From sequence record OR565852: a DNA stretch of 44,932 nt, one strand, 5' to 3'. The position numbers were made by a program, and so were the translations under genes. Each line of letters begins with the position of its first letter. The stretch's first letter is position 1. Below, one piece after another: positions 26,246 through 35,057 of this stretch. This DNA is from Citrobacter phage phiNP. The notes below the pieces were generated by a model that was not told where the DNA came from, made no database searches, and saw only the letters and a program-made list of their open reading frames with translations.

Positions 26246-27298
26246 TTATTTTTCTGGTAACGCTCTGATTTCTTCAACGGTCTGGTTAAACCGCTCTGTT
26301 TCCAGCTCGACGCCAATAGCCTTACGGCCTAAATCGATCGCCGCTTTTAACGTGGAACCGGAGCCCATGAAGAAATCAGCTACCACATCCCCGGGTCTGC
26401 TGCTCGCGCTGATGATTTGCTTCAGCATGTCAGCAGGCTTTTCGCAGGGATGTTTGCCGGGATAAAACTGGACGGGTTTATGCGTCCATACGTCGGTATA
26501 TGGCACGGCCACCGACACGGCAAAATACCGCCGAAGGGATTTGTACTCCTCCAGCAGTTCGGAATATTTACGGTTCAGTGACTGGTATGTTGCCACCAGT
26601 TGGTGATGAGGCTGCGCCAGTTCGGCACGCTGATGCTTCTCGATAGCGATCCGGGTGAAAAGCTCCTGCAATTTGAGGTAATCCGCTTCACCCGGCAGCT
26701 GCCACTGGCTGGAACCAAACCAGTGCGAAACCATGTTCTTCTTACCAGTGGCCTCGGTGATTTGTTTCGAGGTAACGCCAAGGGATTCCCGGGCATTCTG
26801 AAAATAGGTAATAAGCGGTGTCAGCACATGCTGTTTGAGTTCACCACATTTTGCCGCGTAACCATCGTCTTTGGGCTTGCATGGCCCCTGATAGTGTTCA
26901 GCAAACAGAACACGCTCAGTGGCCGGGAAATACGCGCGCAGACTTTCTTTATTGCAGCCATTCCAGCGACCGCTCGGTTTAGCCCAAATGATGTGGTTCA
27001 GGATGCTGAAGCGGTCGCGCATTAAGATTTCAATATCTGCAGCCAGCCGGTGGCCGCAAAACAGGTAAAGGCTACCGGCGGGTTTCAACACTCGCCAGAA
27101 TTCAGCCAGGCAGCGATCGAGCCAGCGAAGATAGTCTTCATCCCCTTTCCACTGGTTATCCCATCCGTTTGGCTTCACCTTGAAGTAAGGCGGATCGGTA
27201 ACAATCAGGTCGATGGAGTTATCAGGAAGGGTGGCGATGTAATGCAGGCAGTCAGCGTTGATTAACTCAACACTGTTTATTTTTACAGTATTTTTCAT
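26246..27298 (-). CDS. DNA methyltransferase, beta-class N6A/N4C (N6_N4_Mtase-like)
   Basis: DPPYF (motif IV) lies N-terminal to FMGSGST (motif I). First gene of the late operon. Confidence 0.85.
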   Translation of the reverse strand: MKNTVKINSVELINADCLHYIATLPDNSIDLIVTDPPYFKVKPNGWDNQWKGDEDYLRWLDRCLAEFWRVLKPAGSLYLFCGHRLAADIEILMRDRFSILNHIIWAKPSGRWNGCNKESLRAYFPATERVLFAEHYQGPCKPKDDGYAAKCGELKQHVLTPLITYFQNARESLGVTSKQITEATGKKNMVSHWFGSSQWQLPGEADYLKLQELFTRIAIEKHQRAELAQPHHQLVATYQSLNRKYSELLEEYKSLRRYFAVSVAVPYTDVWTHKPVQFYPGKHPCEKPADMLKQIISASSRPGDVVADFFMGSGSTLKAAIDLGRKAIGVELETERFNQTVEEIRALPEK

Positions 27299-27447
27299 AG
27301 ATCAGTAAGCGGGACTCTGATAGGCTCACTGTGCTTTAGCGCTAAAGCGGTGGGCCTCGGTTCGCTTGTGACCTCAAACATGAGCGAATGGCTGGTGGAG
27401 TGCTCCAACACCCACCAGCCGCCCATTTTCACAGCCAATAGCCACCA

Positions 27448-27639
27448 TTACTGGAGGCGCTTATAACATCCGAATTGATAAAACGAAAACCCCGCCATCA
27501 CTAATTGCGTGAGTATAAATTCACAGCGTGCAAGGCTCAGGTGTGTATTCTCTGCAATTTCCCCAGCGGTCGCTGGCGTTGTACTTAGTTCATTAAGAAT
27601 TGCTTTCGCTTCTTCTGTCATATCTTGCTGATTTAGCAT
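27448..27639 (-). CDS. Small hypothetical protein (63 aa) in the late leader
   Basis: Start taken at MLNQQDM (27639). AT-rich, with a possible HTH. Confidence 0.4.
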   Translation of the reverse strand: MLNQQDMTEEAKAILNELSTTPATAGEIAENTHLSLARCEFILTQLVMAGFSFYQFGCYKRLQ

Positions 27640-27718
27640 GTCTTTTACCTTAAAAAATAGTGTGACATACAGATAACTCTGGTCGCCGACAGCAGCAAGA
27701 AGTCTTTGCAAAAGACAT

Positions 27719-27741
27719 AAAAAAACCCCGCCGAAACGAGG
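27719..27741 (-). terminator. Candidate tR'-like terminator downstream of the late promoter
   Basis: Minus-strand RNA CCUCG-UUUCGG-CGGGG followed by U7. Confidence 0.4.
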
Positions 27742-27778
27742 TTAGATACAGTTTTGACAAAATATCAAATTAGCCTTA

Positions 27779-27807
27779 AATATGGCTCATTTTGTTGCAT
27801 TTTGCAA
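27779..27807 (-). promoter_or_regulatory. Candidate late promoter PR'
   Basis: On the minus strand: TTGCAA (27802-27807), 17-nt spacer, CATATT (27779-27784), just downstream of Q. Confidence 0.35.
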
Positions 27808-27837
27808 GCGCGTTAGACGGAGTTAGTGAAATTTAGG

Positions 27838-28533
27838 TCACATTTCCAGCGCATTAGCCACTTCCAGCCCTTCGCGCCTGATGAGGATCGTTTGCAGCGC
27901 CTGAGTGTCAAGCTCGACGAATGCCGCTTTAAATCTCGCCCAGTGCGATGCATACACACGTAACCAGGTTGAACGATCCACAGACATCATTCGCGCCAGC
28001 GCCGCACCGGCGTATTCTTTATATGTGTCATTGCTTCTGGCCGCAGCCACCTCCTGCGCTGCCAGCCAGACAAGACCGACCAGTTTTTTCACTACCCGTG
28101 ATTGCAGCTTCTTCTCTACCCTGCAATTCTGAAACTCATTCCATACATGCTGGCACATCAGCGTCTGGTACCTGAAGTTCAGATCGAAACCGTAGCAGTA
28201 ACGGATCCATGCCTGCTGGTAGTCATCCAGTGAATTGATTACCCGGCGCCACGGCGCGTAACTAAATTCCAGATCCTGCATTGGCGGGAACGGTCGCCGC
28301 CGGCTTCTCGTTTCCAGCACATAAACAGGCGTGGTTAATGCCTTCACAAGCGAGTGTCCACAGCCTTCCCCGCCCTCCAGTTCGATAAGAGGCTGCCCGC
28401 AGCGGGGCGTTTTATTTTTGTCTGCCGGTGGATGTTCGCTAAACGCCTGCAGTTGCCCCTTTGTCCCTTCAGATAAATTCGCCAGGGCGCGCTTTACTTC
28501 TATACGGGTATATTCAATGGCCTGTAAGTTCAT
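27838..28533 (-). CDS. Q: Late antiterminator Q
   Basis: Q-family-like sequence (..QQAWIRYCYG..) and the canonical position upstream of PR' and the lysis genes. Confidence 0.75.
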   Translation of the reverse strand: MNLQAIEYTRIEVKRALANLSEGTKGQLQAFSEHPPADKNKTPRCGQPLIELEGGEGCGHSLVKALTTPVYVLETRSRRRPFPPMQDLEFSYAPWRRVINSLDDYQQAWIRYCYGFDLNFRYQTLMCQHVWNEFQNCRVEKKLQSRVVKKLVGLVWLAAQEVAAARSNDTYKEYAGAALARMMSVDRSTWLRVYASHWARFKAAFVELDTQALQTILIRREGLEVANALEM

Positions 28534-28554
28534 TCAGATTAGCGCTCCATACAC

Positions 28555-29622
28555 TTACGCTTTAACAATTACGCCGATCGCCAGCGCCCGATCCAGAAAA
28601 CGAAACAGCAGTTCCAGCTGTGTGCCATATTTCTGCTCGAACGCCGCTACATCGGCATGCAATTTGTCGTGGCACTCTCTGCACAGAGGGAACACGAACA
28701 GGTCATGGGCTTTGGTAGCAGTGCCACCCATCCCATGACCGATAACATGATGCGGATCGTCTGCCGGACGGCGACAACACTCGCAGGGCTGACTTTTAAC
28801 CCAGCGCGTATACTTCTCATTCTCCCAGCGGCGGCGCTTAGGCCGTAACATGAACGACTCCGGTGATTCAGGATCTGCGCTCAATGCAATAACCCTTGGC
28901 TGCTGCTCCTGCATTACCTGCTGATTTTCCTGTGGCCTGCACCTTTTTAACGATCCAGCCGTTTTTATCCTCCTCTGCAGGGCGACGGTTGGTCGGTTAT
29001 CTGCGGCAATAATGTCGCTTTCTTTATATACAGATGGGAACGGTTCATAGGGCATCTGCATCACTCTGGCTGCCAGTTCTTCCGGAATGGCATCTGCCAC
29101 ACCGACATAAATAGCCCACCAGCACAGCTCAGCGATCGACAATTCCCGCTCGCGATTAAACCGAAGGCCGACCAGCACGGTATCAATGATCCAGTCAATA
29201 ACGTTACGGCGCGCTATACCAGCCAACAGATCGGTTGACTGCTCACGAAGTTTGTTATCGCAGTGCCAGCAAAGCATCATCGCGCCCGGGGCGTGTCGCA
29301 TGGTCACCAGCTCATGATGGTGATAATCCGAGTGCGGGTACTGACATTCACCGATATTCCGCTCAAGCCAGTGATCCAGCCCGGAGAGACTACCCGCAGC
29401 ACGGATCACCCTCTCATCAGTGAAGAATGGGATCAGCGCTTCATCCTCCGCCAGCGGCTGCCGGGCATCAGGAACACGGCCGGTTGACAGCCTGGCCATG
29501 TTCTCCGGTTCGGACTCCACCAGCACGCGCCCCGCGGAGAAAAGGCGCATTAACTCTTTGCCCGGTTTGAGCAGTACCACGCCAAGACGTGGCACAACTT
29601 CAGGGGTTAACAGCGCTCTCAT
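28555..29622 (-). CDS. DUF968 / Ref-like HNH nuclease-domain protein
   Basis: C-terminal CECCRRPADDPHHV...PLCRECHDKLH HNH/zinc motif, as in P1 Ref/DUF968. The start at 29622 gives an ATGA overlap with the C5 MTase stop. Confidence 0.7.
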   Translation of the reverse strand: MRALLTPEVVPRLGVVLLKPGKELMRLFSAGRVLVESEPENMARLSTGRVPDARQPLAEDEALIPFFTDERVIRAAGSLSGLDHWLERNIGECQYPHSDYHHHELVTMRHAPGAMMLCWHCDNKLREQSTDLLAGIARRNVIDWIIDTVLVGLRFNRERELSIAELCWWAIYVGVADAIPEELAARVMQMPYEPFPSVYKESDIIAADNRPTVALQRRIKTAGSLKRCRPQENQQVMQEQQPRVIALSADPESPESFMLRPKRRRWENEKYTRWVKSQPCECCRRPADDPHHVIGHGMGGTATKAHDLFVFPLCRECHDKLHADVAAFEQKYGTQLELLFRFLDRALAIGVIVKA

Positions 29623-31346
29623 GCAACCTCCCGCTGCTGGTTGCATAACTCGGGCAGGTTGGCTTCTACCAGCGCACGGGCAAACGGGGGCGGAACGGCG
29701 TTACCGCAGCGCGCTACCTGCTTGTCTTTTGCATAGCGCTGGCCGCGATAATCACGATCGATAATGTAACCTTCAGGAAAGCCCTGGGCCTTATACAACT
29801 CATGAGGCTGCAACATGCGCATGCCAATATCGACGATCTGGTAGTCGGCACCATCAACCGTTACCAGGCCGAAGCGATCATTGGTTGTGACGGTTCCCAG
29901 CGGTTCATCCAGCGATACGCCGCTTTTTTCATTTCCGTAGTACTTCATCAGGAAGGCGCGAACCTCTCCGATATGCAGACCGCCGGCGGTCACCGTAGGC
30001 ATGGGCTGATCCACTTTTCGACCGTCTTTGCAGGTACCGCGCAGATGAACCAGGTGTGAGGTCACAACAGCATGGTGATCAGTGGTCGTAACGGTATGCG
30101 CAGGTGCATCCATAGCGGCACCCGGCCCCGTATAATTACCGCCGAAGTGTTTCGCCAGAAAGGTGGTCACCAGCTGCGACTTTCCACCACCGCCAGCGGT
30201 TACTGTTCCATTGGGTTCATCAGCGCCGTGTCCGGTACTGTTACCAAACTGGCGGGCTATCATTGGCGCCACCAGGCAGGCGCGGGACTCTTTTAACACG
30301 GTGTGGGCCGGTTTATTTATCGCCCGCGGCTTCGCCTGATATTCGCTACCACCATTACCGGCGATAAACGGGGTAACGACAGCGTATCCATGGGTTTTGG
30401 TAATAGTCTGCAGCGGACTATCAATGCCCTGCCCACGAAAGCAGTCATATGCCGTGCGGCTGCTGGTGTGATTACACTTCACAATAAACGGTGTCGGGTT
30501 GTTCAGCACAAACCGCTCAATACCACGCGCAATGCGCTTCAGCGTATTTTCCGCCAGCAGCTTTGGGCGCTCAAAAATGCTCTGGCAGGGGATTGACCAG
30601 TCGATACACTCCGCCGCGGTACGCCATGGCGCCAGCCTGCCGCTCTGAACTTCCAGCGATTTAGGATCGCCATGTGTTGGCTCTGGCCAGTGAATTTCCT
30701 CACCATCACAGCGCATGACCATGAAGAATCGCTTGCGGATCGTCGGCGCGCCGAAATCGCAGGCTCGCAGTTCGCGATAATCGATGCCGTAGCCCAGCCC
30801 GTTAATAAGGCGCTGCGCCTGCTCGCTGCCTTTAGGTACAGACAGGAACTCGCACACCTCAGACAGGGCGGGATGATCCGCAGGTATGCCGGTGGATAGC
30901 ATGCCAACAAACGCCGCGAAGGTTTCGCCCGCGCGGGATGGATCCGGGCGCATTTCGTCTGCCAGCAGCGGCCCCCACGTTTTGAACTCCTCCACGTTCT
31001 CCAGCATCATGACACGCGGGCGCTTCGCCAGCGCCCAGCGTACTACTACCCACGCCAGACCGCGAATCTCTTTTTTTACCGGCTTAGCACCCTTCGCCTT
31101 TGAGAAGTGGCGGCAATCAGGGCTAAACCAGGCCAGGCCGACCGGATTACCACCAGTGGCCGCCAGCGGATCAACGTCAAACACGGACTCGCAGTAATGC
31201 AGGGTATCGGGGTGGTTAGTTTTGTGCATAGCGATCGCGTTTTCATCGTGGTTGATGGCAATATCCACGCTGCGCCCGATCGCCAGCTCGATCCCGGTAC
31301 TCGCGCCGCCGCCACCAGCAAAGTTATCAACGATAATTTCACGCAT
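29619..31346 (-). CDS. DNA (cytosine-5) methyltransferase, unusually long (575 aa)
   Basis: Motif I DNFAGGGG, motif IV SPDCRHFS, motif VI ENVEEF, motif VIII PTIRKRFF, motif IX MLQPHELYKAQGFP and motif X GNAVPPP. Start taken at MREIIV (31346). Confidence 0.9.
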   Translation of the reverse strand: MREIIVDNFAGGGGASTGIELAIGRSVDIAINHDENAIAMHKTNHPDTLHYCESVFDVDPLAATGGNPVGLAWFSPDCRHFSKAKGAKPVKKEIRGLAWVVVRWALAKRPRVMMLENVEEFKTWGPLLADEMRPDPSRAGETFAAFVGMLSTGIPADHPALSEVCEFLSVPKGSEQAQRLINGLGYGIDYRELRACDFGAPTIRKRFFMVMRCDGEEIHWPEPTHGDPKSLEVQSGRLAPWRTAAECIDWSIPCQSIFERPKLLAENTLKRIARGIERFVLNNPTPFIVKCNHTSSRTAYDCFRGQGIDSPLQTITKTHGYAVVTPFIAGNGGSEYQAKPRAINKPAHTVLKESRACLVAPMIARQFGNSTGHGADEPNGTVTAGGGGKSQLVTTFLAKHFGGNYTGPGAAMDAPAHTVTTTDHHAVVTSHLVHLRGTCKDGRKVDQPMPTVTAGGLHIGEVRAFLMKYYGNEKSGVSLDEPLGTVTTNDRFGLVTVDGADYQIVDIGMRMLQPHELYKAQGFPEGYIIDRDYRGQRYAKDKQVARCGNAVPPPFARALVEANLPELCNQQREVA

Positions 31347-32220
31347 TGACGGCTCCCTGCATGCTGTAGACCAGACCACCAGCCACGGTGATTATTTCGC
31401 TGGTGGGCATACGCTCAAGCCAGAGCTGATTGATGTTCGCCTTCAGCTTGTTCTGCTGGGCCAACTCCAGAGAATCCGCTCCCTCAACCTGATTGAATAC
31501 CAGGCCAACCTCCAGCGGCCAGATACGCGACTCCACTTCTGGCTGTCCCAAGCCAGCAGGCATAACGTCTTCCACCGGGGCTGGCGGCACCACTTTTTCC
31601 GCGGCAAATTGGGCCAGCGACATAAATGCCCGCCCCTTAGCCTCTAGATCACTGCGATGAATGTAGCTGAAACGCTCGCCCCGCCATGTCTTATCGAATA
31701 CCACTATGGCGCCAGCGAAAAATGCGCTGGTAGGCTGCTGTTTCTCGTCTGCCGGGATAAACCATGCAGGCAGGTCGAAGCCAATGCGGCCACGGATGAA
31801 AACAATATGATCAGCATCTTCAGGCCACCATGTTTCACTAGGTGCCGCTTTGATGAGGAACACATAGCGACCGCCCTTCTCACGCATGGCAGAGGCATAG
31901 CTCATGATATGACTCATGCCGGTGATCGCCTGCTTACCGTCGTATTGCGATCGGCTATAGGGCGGATTGCCGAACGCGGCGCCACCGATGGCGATCAGCA
32001 TTTCCGACCAATCCTGTGTCAGAGCGTTATCTTCGGCGGTGTACCAGACCGGGCATTTGGCGTTACTGTCGTCGGCGAACAAATCCAGCATCAGCGGCCC
32101 AAACATCGCATTGATGCCCCAGAACAACAGTTCCGGCGTGCGCCACTGATCGCCAACTTCTTTTAACTCGTGGACTGGCTTGCTACGTAGTTCAGCCAGC
32201 GCCAGGCAGTATTTATTCAT
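31339..32220 (-). CDS. Phage Dam-type N6-adenine DNA methyltransferase (WRTP...NPPY family) with a C-terminal extension
   Basis: DQWRTPELLF, DLFA and GNPPYS motifs. Confidence 0.8.
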   Translation of the reverse strand: MNKYCLALAELRSKPVHELKEVGDQWRTPELLFWGINAMFGPLMLDLFADDSNAKCPVWYTAEDNALTQDWSEMLIAIGGAAFGNPPYSRSQYDGKQAITGMSHIMSYASAMREKGGRYVFLIKAAPSETWWPEDADHIVFIRGRIGFDLPAWFIPADEKQQPTSAFFAGAIVVFDKTWRGERFSYIHRSDLEAKGRAFMSLAQFAAEKVVPPAPVEDVMPAGLGQPEVESRIWPLEVGLVFNQVEGADSLELAQQNKLKANINQLWLERMPTSEIITVAGGLVYSMQGAVNA

Positions 32221-33089
32221 GAGCGAAATCCCGAGTTTTCTGGTAGTGAATAATCCACATCTTTGAAGGTTGCCCGCGCAGCAGGGCTGTGGTTGTTAAC
32301 CCACTCGCCATTTTTGCGCTCAGGGCGACCAGCCTTGTGCCATTTGTTCGCGGCCTGCAGGTAACCAGGGAATTTCGTTGGGTGAAACAGTGTCGTAGGT
32401 CGAAGGTACTCGGACATTTTAAAATCCTGCCCCCATTTCTCGGTCATGTACTCCACAACCAGAGTGAGTTCGTAGATGGTGAACCCCTCCCCCAGCCGGG
32501 CGCGAATATTCTCCAGCGACGTTTTCCCCACCTGATAACGGGATCCTGTTTTTTGGTTCAGAAAAGTCAGAACCTGTTTAGCCTGATCAGTGATCTCCAC
32601 AGCAGGGGCGGGTTGCGACGCAACCGGACAAGAAGTTTTTTTATCTGATGGATCAGTAGTTGATTTTACTGACGGATCCCCGCCAGATTCTGACGGGTGA
32701 AAACCGCCATTTTTATCAGATTTTGACGCCTCAATTTTTGACGGGTCAGATTTTGATGCGTCAGATTTTGACGGGTCAGAATCTGGCAGGTGAGAGAATG
32801 CCGCCGCCTGGAGTTTCCTCACATTAAGTCGATAAACATTGGATGCATTACGGTTACCCTGGCGGCGAGCGGTACGGGTCAACCACCCTTCAGCTTCCAG
32901 CTTTGCAATAGCCGTTCTGACTGTGCTGGACCCCGCCCCAATCTGGCGAGCGATAGTCTCAATGGACGGCCAGGAAACGCCTTCATCGTTACTGAAGTCT
33001 GCCAGGCGTGCCATGATTGCGACACTGGAAATCTTCATGCCAGCCGCCGCACAGCCATCCCAGACGTATGCAGATAATTTAACGCTCAC
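32217..33089 (-). CDS. Replication initiation protein (N-terminal wHTH, phage conserved C-terminal domain; lambda O analogue)
   Basis: GTG start. N-terminal HTH (WPSIETIARQIGAGSSTVRTAIAKLEAEGWL), a central pentapeptide repeat linker and a C-terminal Phg_2220_C-like part. Confidence 0.7.
   Translation of the reverse strand: MSVKLSAYVWDGCAAAGMKISSVAIMARLADFSNDEGVSWPSIETIARQIGAGSSTVRTAIAKLEAEGWLTRTARRQGNRNASNVYRLNVRKLQAAAFSHLPDSDPSKSDASKSDPSKIEASKSDKNGGFHPSESGGDPSVKSTTDPSDKKTSCPVASQPAPAVEITDQAKQVLTFLNQKTGSRYQVGKTSLENIRARLGEGFTIYELTLVVEYMTEKWGQDFKMSEYLRPTTLFHPTKFPGYLQAANKWHKAGRPERKNGEWVNNHSPAARATFKDVDYSLPENSGFRS
32716..32790. repeat. Five perfect-register tandem 15-bp repeats (TCAGATTTTGACGGG consensus) inside the replication gene; candidate ori iterons
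   Basis: Units at 32716, 32731, 32746, 32761 and 32776, with degenerate copies at 32661 and 32683. Confidence 0.8.
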
Positions 33090-33265
33090 TTATCTACCCT
33101 CACGAATCTGGAACGAAACACGATCAGCGGTGCCGCACATTCCCAGTCATATCCTGGGCGGCGGTAGATAACACGCTGTCCAGTTGCGTCATAACCGATC
33201 ACATTTACGACAATACCGTGATGATCCCGGTAATATCGGTTCAGAGGTTGAATATGCTCTGTCAC
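33086..33265 (-). CDS. Small protein (59 aa), DUF4222-like
   Basis: Hand translation VTEHIQPLNRYYRDHHGIVVNVIGYDATGQRVIYRRPGYDWECAAPLIVFRSRFVRVDK*. GTG start; its stop overlaps the GTG start of the replication gene. Confidence 0.45.
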   Translation of the reverse strand: MTEHIQPLNRYYRDHHGIVVNVIGYDATGQRVIYRRPGYDWECAAPLIVFRSRFVRVDK

Positions 33266-33266
33266 G

Positions 33267-33971
33267 TTAGCCCCCCATCAATTCGGAGGCGTAGCGCTCG
33301 GCGATCCACTGGACGCCACGAGGTGTTACGCGGGTTTGCGTATAGGCATGACCGAAATCAGACGTGCCGGTTTTGACAGTGAACAGGCCCTCCCGCTGGC
33401 GCAGGGCATGAGGCAGCAAATTGCCGGACTGGCGGAACAAAACCTTGTCACGCACCAGTGCATCTATCATGGCTTTTTCCGGCATGTTGAGGATCTTCGC
33501 CGTCTCACGCAGGCCTTTGGCGCCGCCAGACTCTACGTAGTGGTTTACGAACGCCACCTTTGGCGCGTCCTGCTGAACCTTATGTGACAGCTGCGCATTC
33601 TGCTCTGCCATATCGGCGGCCAGGCGGAGCGCTTCGGGGAGGGTCTGGGGAATTAATGCTGTGCTTTCCAGCTCCTGCCAGCGATCCACAACCGCAGCCG
33701 TAAACTCAGGAGAAAGTCTGGCAACCAGCACCAAAGAATCGCGTTTGTTGAACCGATATTCCTGATAAACGTTGCCGTTATGCTCAAAATCGAACTGCGC
33801 CAACGGCGCGGTTAAAAGACCAGCAGCATTCAGGCGCTCAGCGGAGCGTTTGACGTCACCATGTTTACTCTGCACAAGAGCGGCGATTTCACGGCTGCTC
33901 ATTGTCACTACGCCGCCGAATGCAGGTGAAAAACCAGCAGCCTGTGCGCGATTAATCAATTGCTGTGGCAT
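33267..33971 (-). CDS. Rha-family regulator fused to a KilAC antirepressor domain
   Basis: N-terminal Rha motif ([24 protein letters not shown]) and a C-terminal KilA-C/ANT-like domain. Start at 33971 follows RBS GGAGG. Confidence 0.75.
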   Translation of the reverse strand: MPQQLINRAQAAGFSPAFGGVVTMSSREIAALVQSKHGDVKRSAERLNAAGLLTAPLAQFDFEHNGNVYQEYRFNKRDSLVLVARLSPEFTAAVVDRWQELESTALIPQTLPEALRLAADMAEQNAQLSHKVQQDAPKVAFVNHYVESGGAKGLRETAKILNMPEKAMIDALVRDKVLFRQSGNLLPHALRQREGLFTVKTGTSDFGHAYTQTRVTPRGVQWIAERYASELMGG

Positions 33972-34149
33972 TTTGCTGACCTCCCCGGGAAATAAAGTCA
34001 CCCACAGCCCACTCGGTAAAGCTGTGGTTCACGAGTGCCCAGCCGCCGGGTACTCTTACGGCATAGCAATACGTGACATCGCCTTTGCCACCACGAACTG
34101 GCAGCGCGCGAAGTTGCGAACGCTGGCTATTTGCGGTTAAATTGCTCAT
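33952..34149 (-). CDS. Small hypothetical protein
   Basis: MSNLTANSQ... with an ATGA overlap with the upstream gene's stop. Confidence 0.35.
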   Translation of the reverse strand: MSNLTANSQRSQLRALPVRGGKGDVTYCYAVRVPGGWALVNHSFTEWAVGDFISRGGQQNATAID

Positions 34150-34703
34150 GCGGATTTCTCCATACACATAGATTTATCTGCCACGACGCCCGGAGCTGCA
34201 CACTCGCGGGCGTCACTCTTTTCTGGCTGGCAGAAAACGCGGAAAAGCAGCGTTAAATGCTCCTGCCACTTAGCCATGACCTGATAGCTGTTCTCCTCTA
34301 TCTGCGCCCTTTCGGCATCGTCAATCACGCCGTCTGCTGTCGCCTTTCGCACATACTGAGAATGACGCCCGATCCATTCGACCGACTCCATCAGACGTTG
34401 ATTGATGTCGGCGTTATCAACTTCTTCCACGTCCGCCAGCGGCACGAATACGCCGTTTGAATGGCGCGCTATGGCATCGGCGATGTGGTTTGAGCCACCA
34501 GCGCTCTGCAGCACCATTGCCCAGCCCAGCGGGAAAACCTGGTCGCCGTCGGCACGCAGGCGGTTAAAGAGCGAATTTTCCGTAACATCAAGCCATTCAG
34601 CCGCCTCGGCGTATCCGCCAGGCAGTTCAGCGATCGTTTTTTTAATTGCTGCCACCAGCCAGGCTGGCTGACGTTCAACTTTCCACTGCGGTTCGTTACC
34701 CAC
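34146..34703 (-). CDS. CII-like / YmfL-like early regulatory protein (function uncertain)
   Basis: Second gene of the PR operon; no firm motif recognised. Confidence 0.4.
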   Translation of the reverse strand: MGNEPQWKVERQPAWLVAAIKKTIAELPGGYAEAAEWLDVTENSLFNRLRADGDQVFPLGWAMVLQSAGGSNHIADAIARHSNGVFVPLADVEEVDNADINQRLMESVEWIGRHSQYVRKATADGVIDDAERAQIEENSYQVMAKWQEHLTLLFRVFCQPEKSDARECAAPGVVADKSMCMEKSA

Positions 34704-34959
34704 GGCTATCCCCTTTTTTCTGTGGTGCAGCTTTAACGCTCTTCCCTGTAGGGTTTACATAACGCTGCGGGTACAAAATCTGGAGTTCGTCTATCTGGCC
34801 CGAATAAAACTTCACCAGCCTTTCAGCTACATCGAGAGAAGCAATTTGCTGTCCCCGTTCAATTCGGCTTAAGTTGGCAGGATCAATGCCCACCAAGTTG
34901 GCGACATATGAGAGTGTTAAATTTTGCGATTTTCGCAAATTTCTTAGCGGTGATTGCAT
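34696..34959 (-). CDS. cro: Cro-like XRE-family HTH repressor
   Basis: HTH LTLSYVANLVGIDPANLSRIERG; divergent from cI. Confidence 0.8.
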   Translation of the reverse strand: MQSPLRNLRKSQNLTLSYVANLVGIDPANLSRIERGQQIASLDVAERLVKFYSGQIDELQILYPQRYVNPTGKSVKAAPQKKGDSRG

Positions 34960-35050
34960 AAAGCCCCCTATAATTGCGCAATACGCATATTAATGTGTAC
35001 TTACGACTTGCGCAAGTTGCTTTGCATATCACGCAAAAACAACCTGTAAT
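34924..35050. promoter_or_regulatory. Divergent PR/PRM control region with TTGC-N7-GCAA operators
   Basis: Operator-like 15-mers at 34924-34938, 34974-34988, 35008-35022 and 35022-35036. PR on the minus strand: TTGCGC (35010-35015), 17 nt, TAATAT (34987-34992). PRM: TTTGCA (35021-35026), 18 nt, TGTAAT (35045-35050), which places the start site at or next to the cI ATG. Confidence 0.6.
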
Positions 35051-35057
35051 AGAACGC

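Noticed and set aside
32716-32790. Tandem 15-bp repeats considered as a CRISPR-like or minisatellite array
   Set aside because: There are no spacers, the period is only 15 bp, and the repeats are in frame within a coding sequence. I interpret them as ori iterons and a peptide linker instead.
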